A program made the position numbers and the translations under genes. Positions 41,973-51,832 of a stretch of 64,000 nucleotides of DNA are shown in pieces (within the stretch, counting starts at the first letter, position 1; every line of letters begins with the position of its first letter). The stretch spans positions 33,083 through 97,082 of the forward strand of contig JAEOTA010000058.1 of NCBI GenBank assembly GCA_016840085.1. Reading direction: 5' to 3'. The notes beneath the pieces are model-generated. The model was given only the letters and a program-made list of their open reading frames with translations, was not told the DNA's origin and made no database searches. This DNA is from Promethearchaeota archaeon. Lineage in GTDB: Archaea; Asgardarchaeota; Lokiarchaeia; Sigyniarchaeales; SOKP01.

Positions 41973-44165
41973 TTATTTTTTATGCTTTTTATACACGATG
42001 ATCAAGATACTAAAAAGTATGCCAAATATAATCAAAAATATAATTTCTTGAGGAAATCTAAATTTATCTTTTTCTATTGGCTCTTGTGGGATAGGTGGTC
42101 TAGGAGGGAATGCAACTCTTACTTGAACGCAATCCGTAGAGAAATTCCCGTATTGGTTGTATGCAATGATTTTGTAATAATAAGTGCCGTTGTTTAAGCC
42201 TGATATATTATATCTATAAGTCGGCAAATCTAAAGAGGGGGTAAAATTAAGCAGAACAGAAACAGAAGAATTTATTTCAGAGATAAATGTAGAAGAGTTG
42301 TATATTACATAATACGAAGCAAACGAAGATTTTGTCCACATTAATTCAAATATACCATCTTTATCGGGATCAGTCGCATCTGTCGAAAAAGAAAAAGGAG
42401 TTGGAATCCTTCTAATATAAATCAGTATTTCATTTGATTTATGTTGGCCTGCATCATTTACCGCATTTACATAAACCCTATAATCATTTGTATCTAAATC
42501 ACTTATTAAATATGAGTTCTCAGTTATGTTATCTTTATACAGTGTAGTATTAATATAAAGCTCATAATAATCTACCCCTTGTGAAGGTGACCAAGAAAAA
42601 TTTACGGTTCCATCTTTATCAGGGAATTCAGCATCATGAAAAAGGAAAAATCCGCTTGGGGGGTATTGTACAGTAATATTAATAAGATTTGAGGTTGTAT
42701 TCCCATAATCGTTGAAGGCAACTACAATATAATAATATGTTCCTTCTTCTAAATTAGTGAAAGAAATTGTCCTATTCGTATTTCCTTCTACTATTTTAGT
42801 CACACTTGAATTTATTTCTGTAATTGATGAGTTTGATAGATACAATGAGTAATTTACAGCATCCAATGGCTCTGACCAAAATATATCAAATGTTCCATCA
42901 CTATCAGGGATTGTCGCATTATGTGTTAAATTAAAATTGCTTGGGCGAGGATTATATTTTGTTAAAAATAACTGATTATTTGCCTCGCCTGTAATGTAAA
43001 GACTGTCATCGAAATCAATGCATCCGCTATAAGCAATATCTTCTAAATTATCTCCTCTCATTCTATACCATTGATATTCTCCAGAACTGTTATATTTAAC
43101 AATACAGGCATCTTTACCTGCTGAACCGTAGCTCTCAGTATATCCTATAAGAAATAAATCAAAGAGACTATTATTAATGAGTTTATATCCAATATCTAAG
43201 TCAGTTCCTCCCCAGAGCTGTTGCCTTTCAAGTCCCCCTGTAGAATTAAATTTTAAAAGAGCAAAATCAGTACTTCCCAATCCATAACTTCTTGTATTGG
43301 CCAAGACAAATATTTCATCTAAGGTATTAGATATTATTGATCTCCCCTCATCAGAATTAGAGCCACCCCAAGTAATATTCCATCGCTGATTTCCATTACT
43401 ATCTAATTTCATAAGGATTAAATCCTCATTACCAGATGAATTCGTTTTTCCAGTAATAAAAATACTATCTGAATTATTAATTGTAATTCCATATCCGATA
43501 TCTGTCTCTGATGTGCTATAGATTTTATCCCATTCCAGTAAATAAGAAGTATTATACTTCAATGCAACAATATCTTCGGAAGAAGAAAATGAATTAGTAT
43601 ATCCGCTAATATAGATAAAATTTGAGTCACATTCTATACCATATCCTACATCCGAATATTTTCCTCCCCATGTTATATTACGCTGTAAATATCCAGAAGA
43701 ATCATAAGATAGTAAAAAAATATCATTGCTTTCACTTATCCCATAACTTGCTGTTCTCCCAGTCACATAAATATTTGTTGAAGTAGTATTGATATCTAAT
43801 GCATATGCAAAATCATCAAGCATTCCTCCCCATGAAACATTCCACATCATGCTTCCTGATGAATTATACTTGCATAATAATACATCATACGCACCTTTAG
43901 AAGAATTAAAAATATTTCCTGCAACATATATATTATGATTATCATCTGTTATGACATCTCGACCAATTGTCTGCTCATTCTCAAACAAGTCTTCCCATTC
44001 AAATTTTGAAGAAAAATGGGGAAGGTCTTGGCTCTTAAGTTCGGAATCTAAAAACGACATATTCTGAAGTGAAAATAAAGAAAATAAAAAGATTATGAAA
44101 GTAATACTAAAGTACCACTTCTTTTTATAATACTCCTTCATCTGAATTTTCATCATCTTTTTCAA
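41973..44165 (-). CDS. Secreted SBBP beta-propeller + fibronectin type III-like protein with C-terminal TM
   Basis: Repeats WN.TWGG..D.GY.I..d...IY.TG.T.S.G...D..L.KY.SSG, three DxDG.F...W...YY...A.N..G units, TM and KKHKK. Confidence 0.85.
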   Translation of the reverse strand: MKKMMKIQMKEYYKKKWYFSITFIIFLFSLFSLQNMSFLDSELKSQDLPHFSSKFEWEDLFENEQTIGRDVITDDNHNIYVAGNIFNSSKGAYDVLLCKYNSSGSMMWNVSWGGMLDDFAYALDINTTSTNIYVTGRTASYGISESNDIFLLSYDSSGYLQRNITWGGKYSDVGYGIECDSNFIYISGYTNSFSSSEDIVALKYNTSYLLEWDKIYSTSETDIGYGITINNSDSIFITGKTNSSGNEDLILMKLDSNGNQRWNITWGGSNSDEGRSIISNTLDEIFVLANTRSYGLGSTDFALLKFNSTGGLERQQLWGGTDLDIGYKLINNSLFDLFLIGYTESYGSAGKDACIVKYNSSGEYQWYRMRGDNLEDIAYSGCIDFDDSLYITGEANNQLFLTKYNPRPSNFNLTHNATIPDSDGTFDIFWSEPLDAVNYSLYLSNSSITEINSSVTKIVEGNTNRTISFTNLEEGTYYYIVVAFNDYGNTTSNLINITVQYPPSGFFLFHDAEFPDKDGTVNFSWSPSQGVDYYELYINTTLYKDNITENSYLISDLDTNDYRVYVNAVNDAGQHKSNEILIYIRRIPTPFSFSTDATDPDKDGIFELMWTKSSFASYYVIYNSSTFISEINSSVSVLLNFTPSLDLPTYRYNISGLNNGTYYYKIIAYNQYGNFSTDCVQVRVAFPPRPPIPQEPIEKDKFRFPQEIIFLIIFGILFSILIIVYKKHKK

Positions 44166-44514
44166 AAGATTTAACCTAGGGATTCTGGAATCCCAGAAAT
44201 CTGCCCTTAGTATCTAATATCTTACTTATTTTAGTAAATTTTAGGATGATTATGCTTATAAACATTGCGTATGGTTTGATTTGAATGATGTTACTCTCAT
44301 ATCTATATGTTAAAATGCTTAAGGTAAGATCTATACACAATATTACATTTCGCTTATAGTTACATAACAAATATGATTCACATTTGTAGATTTTAATTAT
44401 ACATCACTTAATGCTTATAAACCTATTTTAATGAAATTATTTAAAGGAAAAAGAGAATTTTTCTTATGGTGATTGCCCTTTTTGAATTTGAAAAATTTTC
44501 TCATTCTTTAAAAT

Positions 44515-44814
44515 TTATTCCCTCAAACTTTGAATGATTTTGGCATACATTTTTATTAACTCTTTAAAGAATTCTTCCTGTAGATAATCTTCTTCATTAA
44601 CCTTTTCTTGTAAAAAATTAAAAATCTTATCTATAACTAATCTAAAATCTTCTAACTCCTGCTTTTTAGATTCATTTTTTTCAAGTAATATTTCACAAAT
44701 CTTACTAACCGATTCTCGATAACTCGATGTATCAATATTATACTTTATTTTAATAGTATCTATTTTATCCAATATTTCTGAATTAAGTGCTATTGACACT
44801 TTTGGCTTTCCCAT
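44515..44814 (-). CDS. Ribbon-helix-helix (CopG-like) DNA-binding protein
   Basis: MGKPKVSIALNSEILDKID pattern. Start 44814 has a GAGGT RBS (ORF open to 44856). Confidence 0.55.
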   Translation of the reverse strand: MGKPKVSIALNSEILDKIDTIKIKYNIDTSSYRESVSKICEILLEKNESKKQELEDFRLVIDKIFNFLQEKVNEEDYLQEEFFKELIKMYAKIIQSLRE

Positions 44815-44836
44815 TGTTTTTAACCTCACAATAGAA

Positions 44837-45181
44837 CTAATGTGGTATAAATTCATGTTTTAATGAATCTTTTAATTGTATGAGAATAGAATGTTTATCA
44901 ACTTCATCCAAGTGCGTAATATCAACACCAACACTATTATACGTCTGAGGGAAGGAGATATTGAGATATGAAATTGCAAGATTTATGCCATTTGCAATGA
45001 CTTCCTTACTTTTTCTTTCTTTCGTTAATTTCATTAATGTAAGTAAAGTCTTACTTACTAAGATTGTAATTTCTCTACGAGAATAAGGTCCACTCTCAAG
45101 ATATTCAACTATTTTTATATAACAATTAATATCAAAATCATCCATTACTAATTTTTCTCTATTTAATATTGAAAACACCAA
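44837..45181 (-). CDS. Hypothetical protein
   Basis: 114-aa ORF co-oriented with and abutting the RHH gene. Start may be ATG 45145. Confidence 0.55.
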   Translation of the reverse strand: MVFSILNREKLVMDDFDINCYIKIVEYLESGPYSRREITILVSKTLLTLMKLTKERKSKEVIANGINLAISYLNISFPQTYNSVGVDITHLDEVDKHSILIQLKDSLKHEFIPH

Positions 45182-45342
45182 GATTTTTGCATCTTTTTTA
45201 TACTATGACTATTAATATACCACAATAGTAGTCATTGGAATAAAAAAAGAAAACTCTATATTTAAATGTTGGCATTGATATAATTAAATTAAATAAGAAA
45301 AAATAATCATATTTATGACTACAATACAAATTACGATTAACT

Positions 45343-45516
45343 ATGAATGGAAAACCGACAAAATACTACAAATTTGAATCCTCTGGATCTGGAAGAGTCA
45401 ATATCCCGATTGCTCTAGCAGAAGCTTTAAATTGGGAGCATAATGACCAAATTAATATAATAATCCGAACCATTGATGGACAGACAGGATTATTTCTCTT
45501 TAAGAAGGGAGACTAA
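45343..45516 (+). CDS. AbrB/MazE/SpoVT-like small DNA-binding protein (not in ORF track, 57 aa)
   Basis: Manual translation MNGKPTKYYKFESSGSGRVNIPIALAEALNWEHNDQINIIIRTIDGQTGLFLFKKGD contains GRVxIP...LxW..xD.I. Confidence 0.7.
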   Translation: MNGKPTKYYKFESSGSGRVNIPIALAEALNWEHNDQINIIIRTIDGQTGLFLFKKGD

Positions 45517-45611
45517 ATAATCATTTAATGACAAGGTCATACTTTTATCAATTCTTTTTCCATTATTATTATTAGATGGATTAATTTTGAATTTAAAAAA
45601 GGATTATAAAA

Positions 45612-45959
45612 ATGAATGATAAAGATCCAGATTTTGAATTAGAATTTCTTTTTATTATAGAATGTAAAGGAACTAAAGCTCCATTAGGAGAAGAAGGTAA
45701 ATATGTTAACTGGACATCACGATTTTACAGGGTTCTCAATGATTTGTATGAGAAATATGATATCATTACTTTCAATATTGAGAAAGGAATTTCAAAACAT
45801 CCAATCTTTGATGGAGTAAAAGAAATTATTCCTATGATAATCCAAACTGAAGGGATTTTCGACAATCTATATGGATTTACTACACATAGGTATATTAAAG
45901 CATTAGAAAGACTTGAACATTATAAAAAATCAGGTACAATTTATGAATTATTTAATTGA
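45612..45959 (+). CDS. PD-(D/E)xK / NERD-like nuclease domain protein, possibly a fragment
   Basis: FLFIIECKG motif near the N-terminus, IIPMII late strand. Confidence 0.45.
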   Translation: MNDKDPDFELEFLFIIECKGTKAPLGEEGKYVNWTSRFYRVLNDLYEKYDIITFNIEKGISKHPIFDGVKEIIPMIIQTEGIFDNLYGFTTHRYIKALERLEHYKKSGTIYELFN

Positions 45960-47824
45960 AAGAACAAAAAGGAAGAGTGTTTAAAATGAAAATTTGGGAA
46001 AATGCATTTGAAATTTGGAAAAATTTTTGTCCATATTATAGAAGACGCTTATTATCTCGTGAAGATTTACTATCTTGGGCAACAGAAGCAAATTTCATTG
46101 ACAGATTTAGTCATAGACAAGAACATTTTAAAATCTTTATAACACTTCTTAATGAAATGGAAGTATTATGTCCCCTGACTAGAAATAGAGAACTGCTTGA
46201 TCCACGATTTTATGAGGAACCGGGAGTTATCCGTTTAGGTATAATTGATGAACCTCAAGATTTAGATTTATATCATCCAATTCAATTCATTGAAATTATT
46301 AATTGGTTAATTCAATCAAGGTACAGTTCTATACCATATTATAAAAACGCTGAGTACTTGGAATACTACAATCTAAGATACTTAGAAATCAAAACAATTG
46401 ACATGAAGAGAACAATTAAACAATTAGAGTATCATGGAATTGATACTTCTCAAAGTGAAAGAGCTCTTAAGGAGTATGAAGAACAATATAATTCAATTAA
46501 TAAAGATTATCCAAAAGGAAATGATTTAAGAAGATTATTAAAAATACGCTCACCTATGTGGAAATTAAACGAGGAGAAATTAAAAACATGGATTAAGATT
46601 GAATCATTAATTGCTCCAATTGGTTCGGAAATAGTGGCTCCCTTGAATGTAAATCTCGTTCCAACAAGAAAAGTTAGTGAGGATGATGTCTATGAATTTA
46701 ATAAAGCTTATAAAGACTGGAGAGACAATATCATGAAATATCATCAAAATTACATAAAATTCAAGGATATTAAGCTTATGGAAAAATGGACATATGATCT
46801 TTATAGAAGAATTTCTGATGATAAATCCCCAATTTCATCAAATTGGATTGATTTAATTGAAGTAGTTTCTCCGCATTTATGTAGTAGATTCAAAGGTAAG
46901 GTTTCATATTATCTCAACCTTCATTTCTTAAGAAGAAATATTATTAGGATTTATTGGGTTCTTAAGGGTAAAAATTTAGAATATCTGGGTTCTCCTCCTA
47001 GAAGGCCACATTTCTTTTATAAAGATAGTGAAGAGTTCATCTTATATCTACGTAGTATTTTGTTATTTTTTGGATTAAATCCATCTCACAGTTTTATATT
47101 GTATGTACCGGGTAAAACGGAAGAAGTAATATTACAAGAGTATGTTGAGAGAAGATGGTTAAAATTCCTTATTAAGAATATGAGGGGTGAAGATAAATCA
47201 TCTTTTTACAAGAGAGTCTGTGAGGATATCGGAGATAAAGAGTTTTTCTTTTTATTCGATTTTCATGATTTACGTAATTATAAAGAGAAAATTACTAAAT
47301 ATGGGGAAAATTGCGCTTTTTTTATTCCTGATTTTATTACAGAGAACTTCTCAGTAGAACAGGTATTTGATGCTTTTCTTTCTATAGTAATAAGTCTCGG
47401 CATCAATGTAAATGAAGTAAATAAGGAGAAAATACTAGAATCTTTAAAAAAAGAGAAGGAGAAATCTATTAAGATTATTAAAGAACTAGAAAGTAATTCT
47501 AGTCCAAGTATAGCTTCAGCAAAAGGATTTGAGAAAGTCTTGATAAAGTATCTTAGAGATAATTTTCCTAGGGAAGTTAATATGAAATTTCCATTTATTT
47601 TGCTAGATGAAAACGGTTACATAACTGAAAAAAATCAAAAAAGTAAACTAAAACAGGAATTGAAAAAAATCCTTGCGGGAAATCTAAAGACACATTTAAT
47701 AGAGTCTTTAGAAAACGATCCTAAACGAAAAGAGAACAAATTTCCTTTTGAAGTAAAGATTGAACCATTTATTAATAATATACTTCAAGTTATTAATATC
47801 GCATCATATTGGTCAAGTTTCTAA
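45956..47824 (+). CDS. Hypothetical protein with C-terminal degenerate TOPRIM-like domain
   Basis: FILYVPGKTEEVIL...FFLFDFHD...FITENFS resembles OLD-type TOPRIM (VEGxTE, DxD). Confidence 0.55.
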   Translation: MKEQKGRVFKMKIWENAFEIWKNFCPYYRRRLLSREDLLSWATEANFIDRFSHRQEHFKIFITLLNEMEVLCPLTRNRELLDPRFYEEPGVIRLGIIDEPQDLDLYHPIQFIEIINWLIQSRYSSIPYYKNAEYLEYYNLRYLEIKTIDMKRTIKQLEYHGIDTSQSERALKEYEEQYNSINKDYPKGNDLRRLLKIRSPMWKLNEEKLKTWIKIESLIAPIGSEIVAPLNVNLVPTRKVSEDDVYEFNKAYKDWRDNIMKYHQNYIKFKDIKLMEKWTYDLYRRISDDKSPISSNWIDLIEVVSPHLCSRFKGKVSYYLNLHFLRRNIIRIYWVLKGKNLEYLGSPPRRPHFFYKDSEEFILYLRSILLFFGLNPSHSFILYVPGKTEEVILQEYVERRWLKFLIKNMRGEDKSSFYKRVCEDIGDKEFFFLFDFHDLRNYKEKITKYGENCAFFIPDFITENFSVEQVFDAFLSIVISLGINVNEVNKEKILESLKKEKEKSIKIIKELESNSSPSIASAKGFEKVLIKYLRDNFPREVNMKFPFILLDENGYITEKNQKSKLKQELKKILAGNLKTHLIESLENDPKRKENKFPFEVKIEPFINNILQVINIASYWSSF

Positions 47825-48265
47825 TCTCAATACACATGAGATAATAGTCCATAGCAAATACCAATTTCCGTTGCGGAGTATTTCCTTAACAGCTTCACTC
47901 ATAGGTTTCAATATAAACTTTCCTTCAATTATTTCAAACATCATGGTTTCTTTCGCCATCCACTCTAAATCTACAATCTGTTCATATGTAATCTCAGGAT
48001 CAATCATACTCATAATCTCATGCAAACCAGAAGGTCCTTCTCCATAATATCCCCATGTTATACCAGACAACCATAATTGTGCGTTTTCACCAATAAACAT
48101 AGTGTATTGATGATATAAATCATGGTTTATCATCCATTCCCTCTCAGCATAATAAAGAATGAGATATTTAATCTCCCCTAACTCTTTGTAATGTTTTTTA
48201 AAGAAATCTATTGAAGCATCTGTGCCTATATCTTTATCCTCCTTTATGACTTTCACATTTTTCAA
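47813..48265 (-). CDS. Hypothetical protein
   Basis: 150 aa, contains LSGITWGYYGEGPSGL. Confidence 0.55.
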   Translation of the reverse strand: MKNVKVIKEDKDIGTDASIDFFKKHYKELGEIKYLILYYAEREWMINHDLYHQYTMFIGENAQLWLSGITWGYYGEGPSGLHEIMSMIDPEITYEQIVDLEWMAKETMMFEIIEGKFILKPMSEAVKEILRNGNWYLLWTIISCVLRLET

Positions 48266-48642
48266 CCTTATGATGTTTTAGTAGTATACCTTGTTCTGTA
48301 TTTATAAATAAAAAATCCTAAGATTTTTTGAACTAATCTTTAAATTTAAGAGAATCAATTACAATATTAATTAAAAATGTCCAAGTTTACAGGCAAGAGT
48401 AAATGAGTGCTATATTCCCTGAGTCAATGGAGGGATTAGTGGAATTAATAATTTATCATTATGACAAGAGCGGATATAGAAAAGACTTATTTACTTGATG
48501 ATATCTTTTTTTTACTTAAAAGTATAATATATTTGTATGAAAGATGGAAAATAATTTATTCAAGAGTTTGAAAAACTCAATGAAGAAACTAAACAAATGA
48601 TAAACAAATACGATAATACCATATATGAAGACATGATTACGC

Positions 48643-49632
48643 TTAACTAATGTTATAATCTTCATTGTAAATTAGTATTTCTTTATAAAGGTTAGATCTT
48701 TTAAAATGAGTTAGTTCATAAGAATTTCTTAATTTTGTCTCTAATTCTTTGCAAAAATAGAAAAAATCATTATTATTATTTAATATTTTAGTTATTTTTT
48801 TATCATTAGAACCTTTTAATTCAAGACCCAACATTTTTAAAACACTTATGAACGCTAATATTATTATAGTATCATGTCCACTTACACATTGGTATGGATC
48901 AATGTCTTTTTCTCTTAAATCTTTTACAAACTGAAAGATTTTAATTAATCTATTTTTAGTAGATCCTTCCAATGTATTTAAAATTTTTAAAAAGCGATTT
49001 TTTATTTTAGAATTTTCGATATATACTTCATTATTTTTAACATCAACAGTAATGAAATCCCTAATCTTCCCTAATTTATTCTTTATAATCTTATAAATTC
49101 TTAATTTCACATATAAATCTTGAGTCTCTTTACTAATTCCTTCTATAATTATTTTATATAATCCTAGCAACCAGATACCGAAGTCCATCGATATTTGAAG
49201 GCAATAATTTCTAATCTCATCAATTTTTTGAAGAGTATTAGATAATTTTTTCCGTTTATAAAAAGAGTTTATAAATTTTTTAAATGCGCCTGAAGATATT
49301 ATCTGAGTTTCTATGTCATGTTTATCTGTAAGAAATAGATTTTGTCTTTTTCTAATAATATTACAACAATGGTCAAAATCTGCATCAATTATCCCTATAA
49401 TTTTTTTTCTTTGATTAAAAGTACATCTTTTAAATGTATAATCAATAATTTCTATAACTTTACCCTTACCTCCTTGATTTCGCGCATATCTTAAAGCTGG
49501 ACTAGTTATTGTAAATCTGGTTCCTGTTATATTAAAAAGGTTTTCATAAACAGTTATATCATCAAGTCCCTCAACTATTATCGCTGGTTTTTTTAGCATT
49601 AAAAGTTCATTTATAAAACTATCCATATTCAT
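48643..49632 (-). CDS. DUF4435 TOPRIM-domain protein (PARIS AriB-like)
   Basis: IIVEGLDD, GGKGKV, GIIDADFD, TDKHDIE, GHD. Starts 1 nt after the ATPase stop. Confidence 0.8.
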   Translation of the reverse strand: MNMDSFINELLMLKKPAIIVEGLDDITVYENLFNITGTRFTITSPALRYARNQGGKGKVIEIIDYTFKRCTFNQRKKIIGIIDADFDHCCNIIRKRQNLFLTDKHDIETQIISSGAFKKFINSFYKRKKLSNTLQKIDEIRNYCLQISMDFGIWLLGLYKIIIEGISKETQDLYVKLRIYKIIKNKLGKIRDFITVDVKNNEVYIENSKIKNRFLKILNTLEGSTKNRLIKIFQFVKDLREKDIDPYQCVSGHDTIIILAFISVLKMLGLELKGSNDKKITKILNNNNDFFYFCKELETKLRNSYELTHFKRSNLYKEILIYNEDYNIS

Positions 49633-49633
49633 A

Positions 49634-51832
49634 TCAAAACACCGTATTTAAGTCAAAAGTACTTTCCCATTTGTCATTTATAATCTGTGGAGAATGGGTT
49701 GCAATTAAATAAGTTAAATTGGTTAGTTCTTTGATTTTTGAATTTTTAATTTTGAAGAGATTATTTATAAATGCTATTTGCCATTCTACATGTAATGATA
49801 TCTCTGGTTCATCTATTAAGATAAGAGATTCATTTTGAATTTTAAAAATGCAATCAAAAAATATTATAAATAAATTTTTCTCTCCGGATGATAATTCATT
49901 TAGAGAAATAATATCTTTATTATTTTTTACAATCTTAAAATTATGATTGTAATCAATTAATATTTTCTTATCGTAGAATAAATTATTTAAAATTGAAAGA
50001 AATAAATCTATATGATTTGTCTTATTATAAAAATATTGTTTAAATTCTTTTTCTTTATATAAAATATAATTATTTGTAATTTCTTTTCTAATTTCATCTA
50101 AAGTACTATCTGAAAACTTTTCTAAGAATAAACTATATTGATCTATAAATTTATACAGATAATCAACAGATACTTCAATCTTTAAAGCTGGAATGTAGTA
50201 AGAATTAAAGTTTCCAATAATCCAGTAGAGCTCTTCTAGAAAAACCAAATTATTCAACAATTCTTCATATCTTTCAAAAAAATTCACTCTAACATTTTCT
50301 AATTTAGTACTAATAGCCCAATCTTCAGAAGTATTATAAGTTGTATAAATGTTAAAAATAAATTTGAAATAATCATCTTCTTTTCTCTTGAAAGAAGCAG
50401 TTTTCGTAATTAAATAATTTGAGTTAATCTTAAAAATAATGTTGTCTACATCATTTATAATCTGAATATGACATTCTCTGTTAGTATTAAAGATTTTAAA
50501 ACTCATTTTTATTTCCTTAAAAGCAAATCTTAATATTTGAGCAATTCTTCCTTGAGAAAAAAGCGAAACAATTTCTAAGATGGTAGTTTTTCCAGATCCA
50601 TTTGGACCAAAAATAATTAATAAGTTTTTATCCAAATCAAATTTTAAATTGTAATTATATTTTCCGAATAATTTCTTAATTTCAAATTCCACCAAAATAA
50701 ATTTTTGAGGAATTAACTTCTGTATCTCACTGATCTCATTAAAATTTACATTATATTTCGAGATTGGTTTTCCTAAAATTATTGGAACTTCTTTCATTAT
50801 AAATTTTTCATAAAACCATTTAATTGTCTGTACAAATAGTAATATCATAGATTTTATTATCTCTTCAGATTCTTCTCCATTATTTCTATGGATAATATTA
50901 TTTCTAACTATTTTTATAGAATTAATATTATTATAGAGATAATCTGGTAAAACTCTAATCTCGTGTAATTTTTTAAGTTTAGAAAAGCTAGTGATATTCT
51001 TTGCTTCTTCAAAATAAGTAGTGTAAATATAAGTAATAATTCTTTCAATTAATTCCCACATCAAGCTAATACTTAAGTTAAATTGGTGATTTTGAATAGA
51101 AACACCCAATTTTTTAACATCATATACAGAAATTATTTTCAATAATTTCCAATTTATAGTATTAAGAAGGTTTGATATTTGAGGTATATCAATCATTGAT
51201 TCAGTTTTACCAGACGATACTTTAACTTTATCAAACAGCTTTTTAGATTTATCAGATGATATTTCAATTTTCTCAGATTGTATTTCAATCTTATCATAAC
51301 TTAAATATTTTTCTCTTTCTATAATTGCAGAAAGAAGTTTTTGAAATGCCTCTTCTACATTTACCCCAGTTTTTGCTGAAATTAGTATTATATCTAGTAA
51401 ATTAAAAGATTTTATAATTTTCTCGCGTTGTTCATTTTTGATTTCATGCCGTTTTTCAATTAAATCTGCTTTAGTTCCTACTAATAAAATGGGTAGATTT
51501 GTATCATAGTTACGTAACATTTTTTCATACTTTAATAGAGTAAACAATAAATCATTATAATTTATAGTTGATTGAGAAAGATCAATTAAAATCATCGCTC
51601 CTTTCGCATCTTGAATAGTATGTTCATAAAAAGATTGAAACTTTTCAGCTCCACCAATTTCCCAAATTAAGAGTATGTTTAAAATATTGTCATATATAAC
51701 TTTTTTGATGTGAAAGTTTACTCCAATCGTTTTTATTGTTCTAGGTTGATATTGACCATTAAGATATCTATTTATGAATGCCGTTTTACCTGTACCTTCC
51801 TCACCAACTATTACAATTTTAAATTTATTCAT
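49634..51832 (-). CDS. Rab-like small GTPase :: HEPN (DUF4145-like) :: ABC/AAA_21 ATPase fusion (PARIS AriA-like)
   Basis: G1 GEEGTGKT, G2 TIG, G3 WEIGG, G4 TKAD, G5 SAK; RNNIIH (R310-H315); Walker A GPNGSGKT (G409), LSSGE, LIDEPEISLH, ATHSP. Confidence 0.85.
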   Translation of the reverse strand: MNKFKIVIVGEEGTGKTAFINRYLNGQYQPRTIKTIGVNFHIKKVIYDNILNILLIWEIGGAEKFQSFYEHTIQDAKGAMILIDLSQSTINYNDLLFTLLKYEKMLRNYDTNLPILLVGTKADLIEKRHEIKNEQREKIIKSFNLLDIILISAKTGVNVEEAFQKLLSAIIEREKYLSYDKIEIQSEKIEISSDKSKKLFDKVKVSSGKTESMIDIPQISNLLNTINWKLLKIISVYDVKKLGVSIQNHQFNLSISLMWELIERIITYIYTTYFEEAKNITSFSKLKKLHEIRVLPDYLYNNINSIKIVRNNIIHRNNGEESEEIIKSMILLFVQTIKWFYEKFIMKEVPIILGKPISKYNVNFNEISEIQKLIPQKFILVEFEIKKLFGKYNYNLKFDLDKNLLIIFGPNGSGKTTILEIVSLFSQGRIAQILRFAFKEIKMSFKIFNTNRECHIQIINDVDNIIFKINSNYLITKTASFKRKEDDYFKFIFNIYTTYNTSEDWAISTKLENVRVNFFERYEELLNNLVFLEELYWIIGNFNSYYIPALKIEVSVDYLYKFIDQYSLFLEKFSDSTLDEIRKEITNNYILYKEKEFKQYFYNKTNHIDLFLSILNNLFYDKKILIDYNHNFKIVKNNKDIISLNELSSGEKNLFIIFFDCIFKIQNESLILIDEPEISLHVEWQIAFINNLFKIKNSKIKELTNLTYLIATHSPQIINDKWESTFDLNTVF

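Noticed and set aside
48400-48645. Coding-like plus-strand sequence
   Set aside because: Broken by stops in the frames checked, with no recognisable product.
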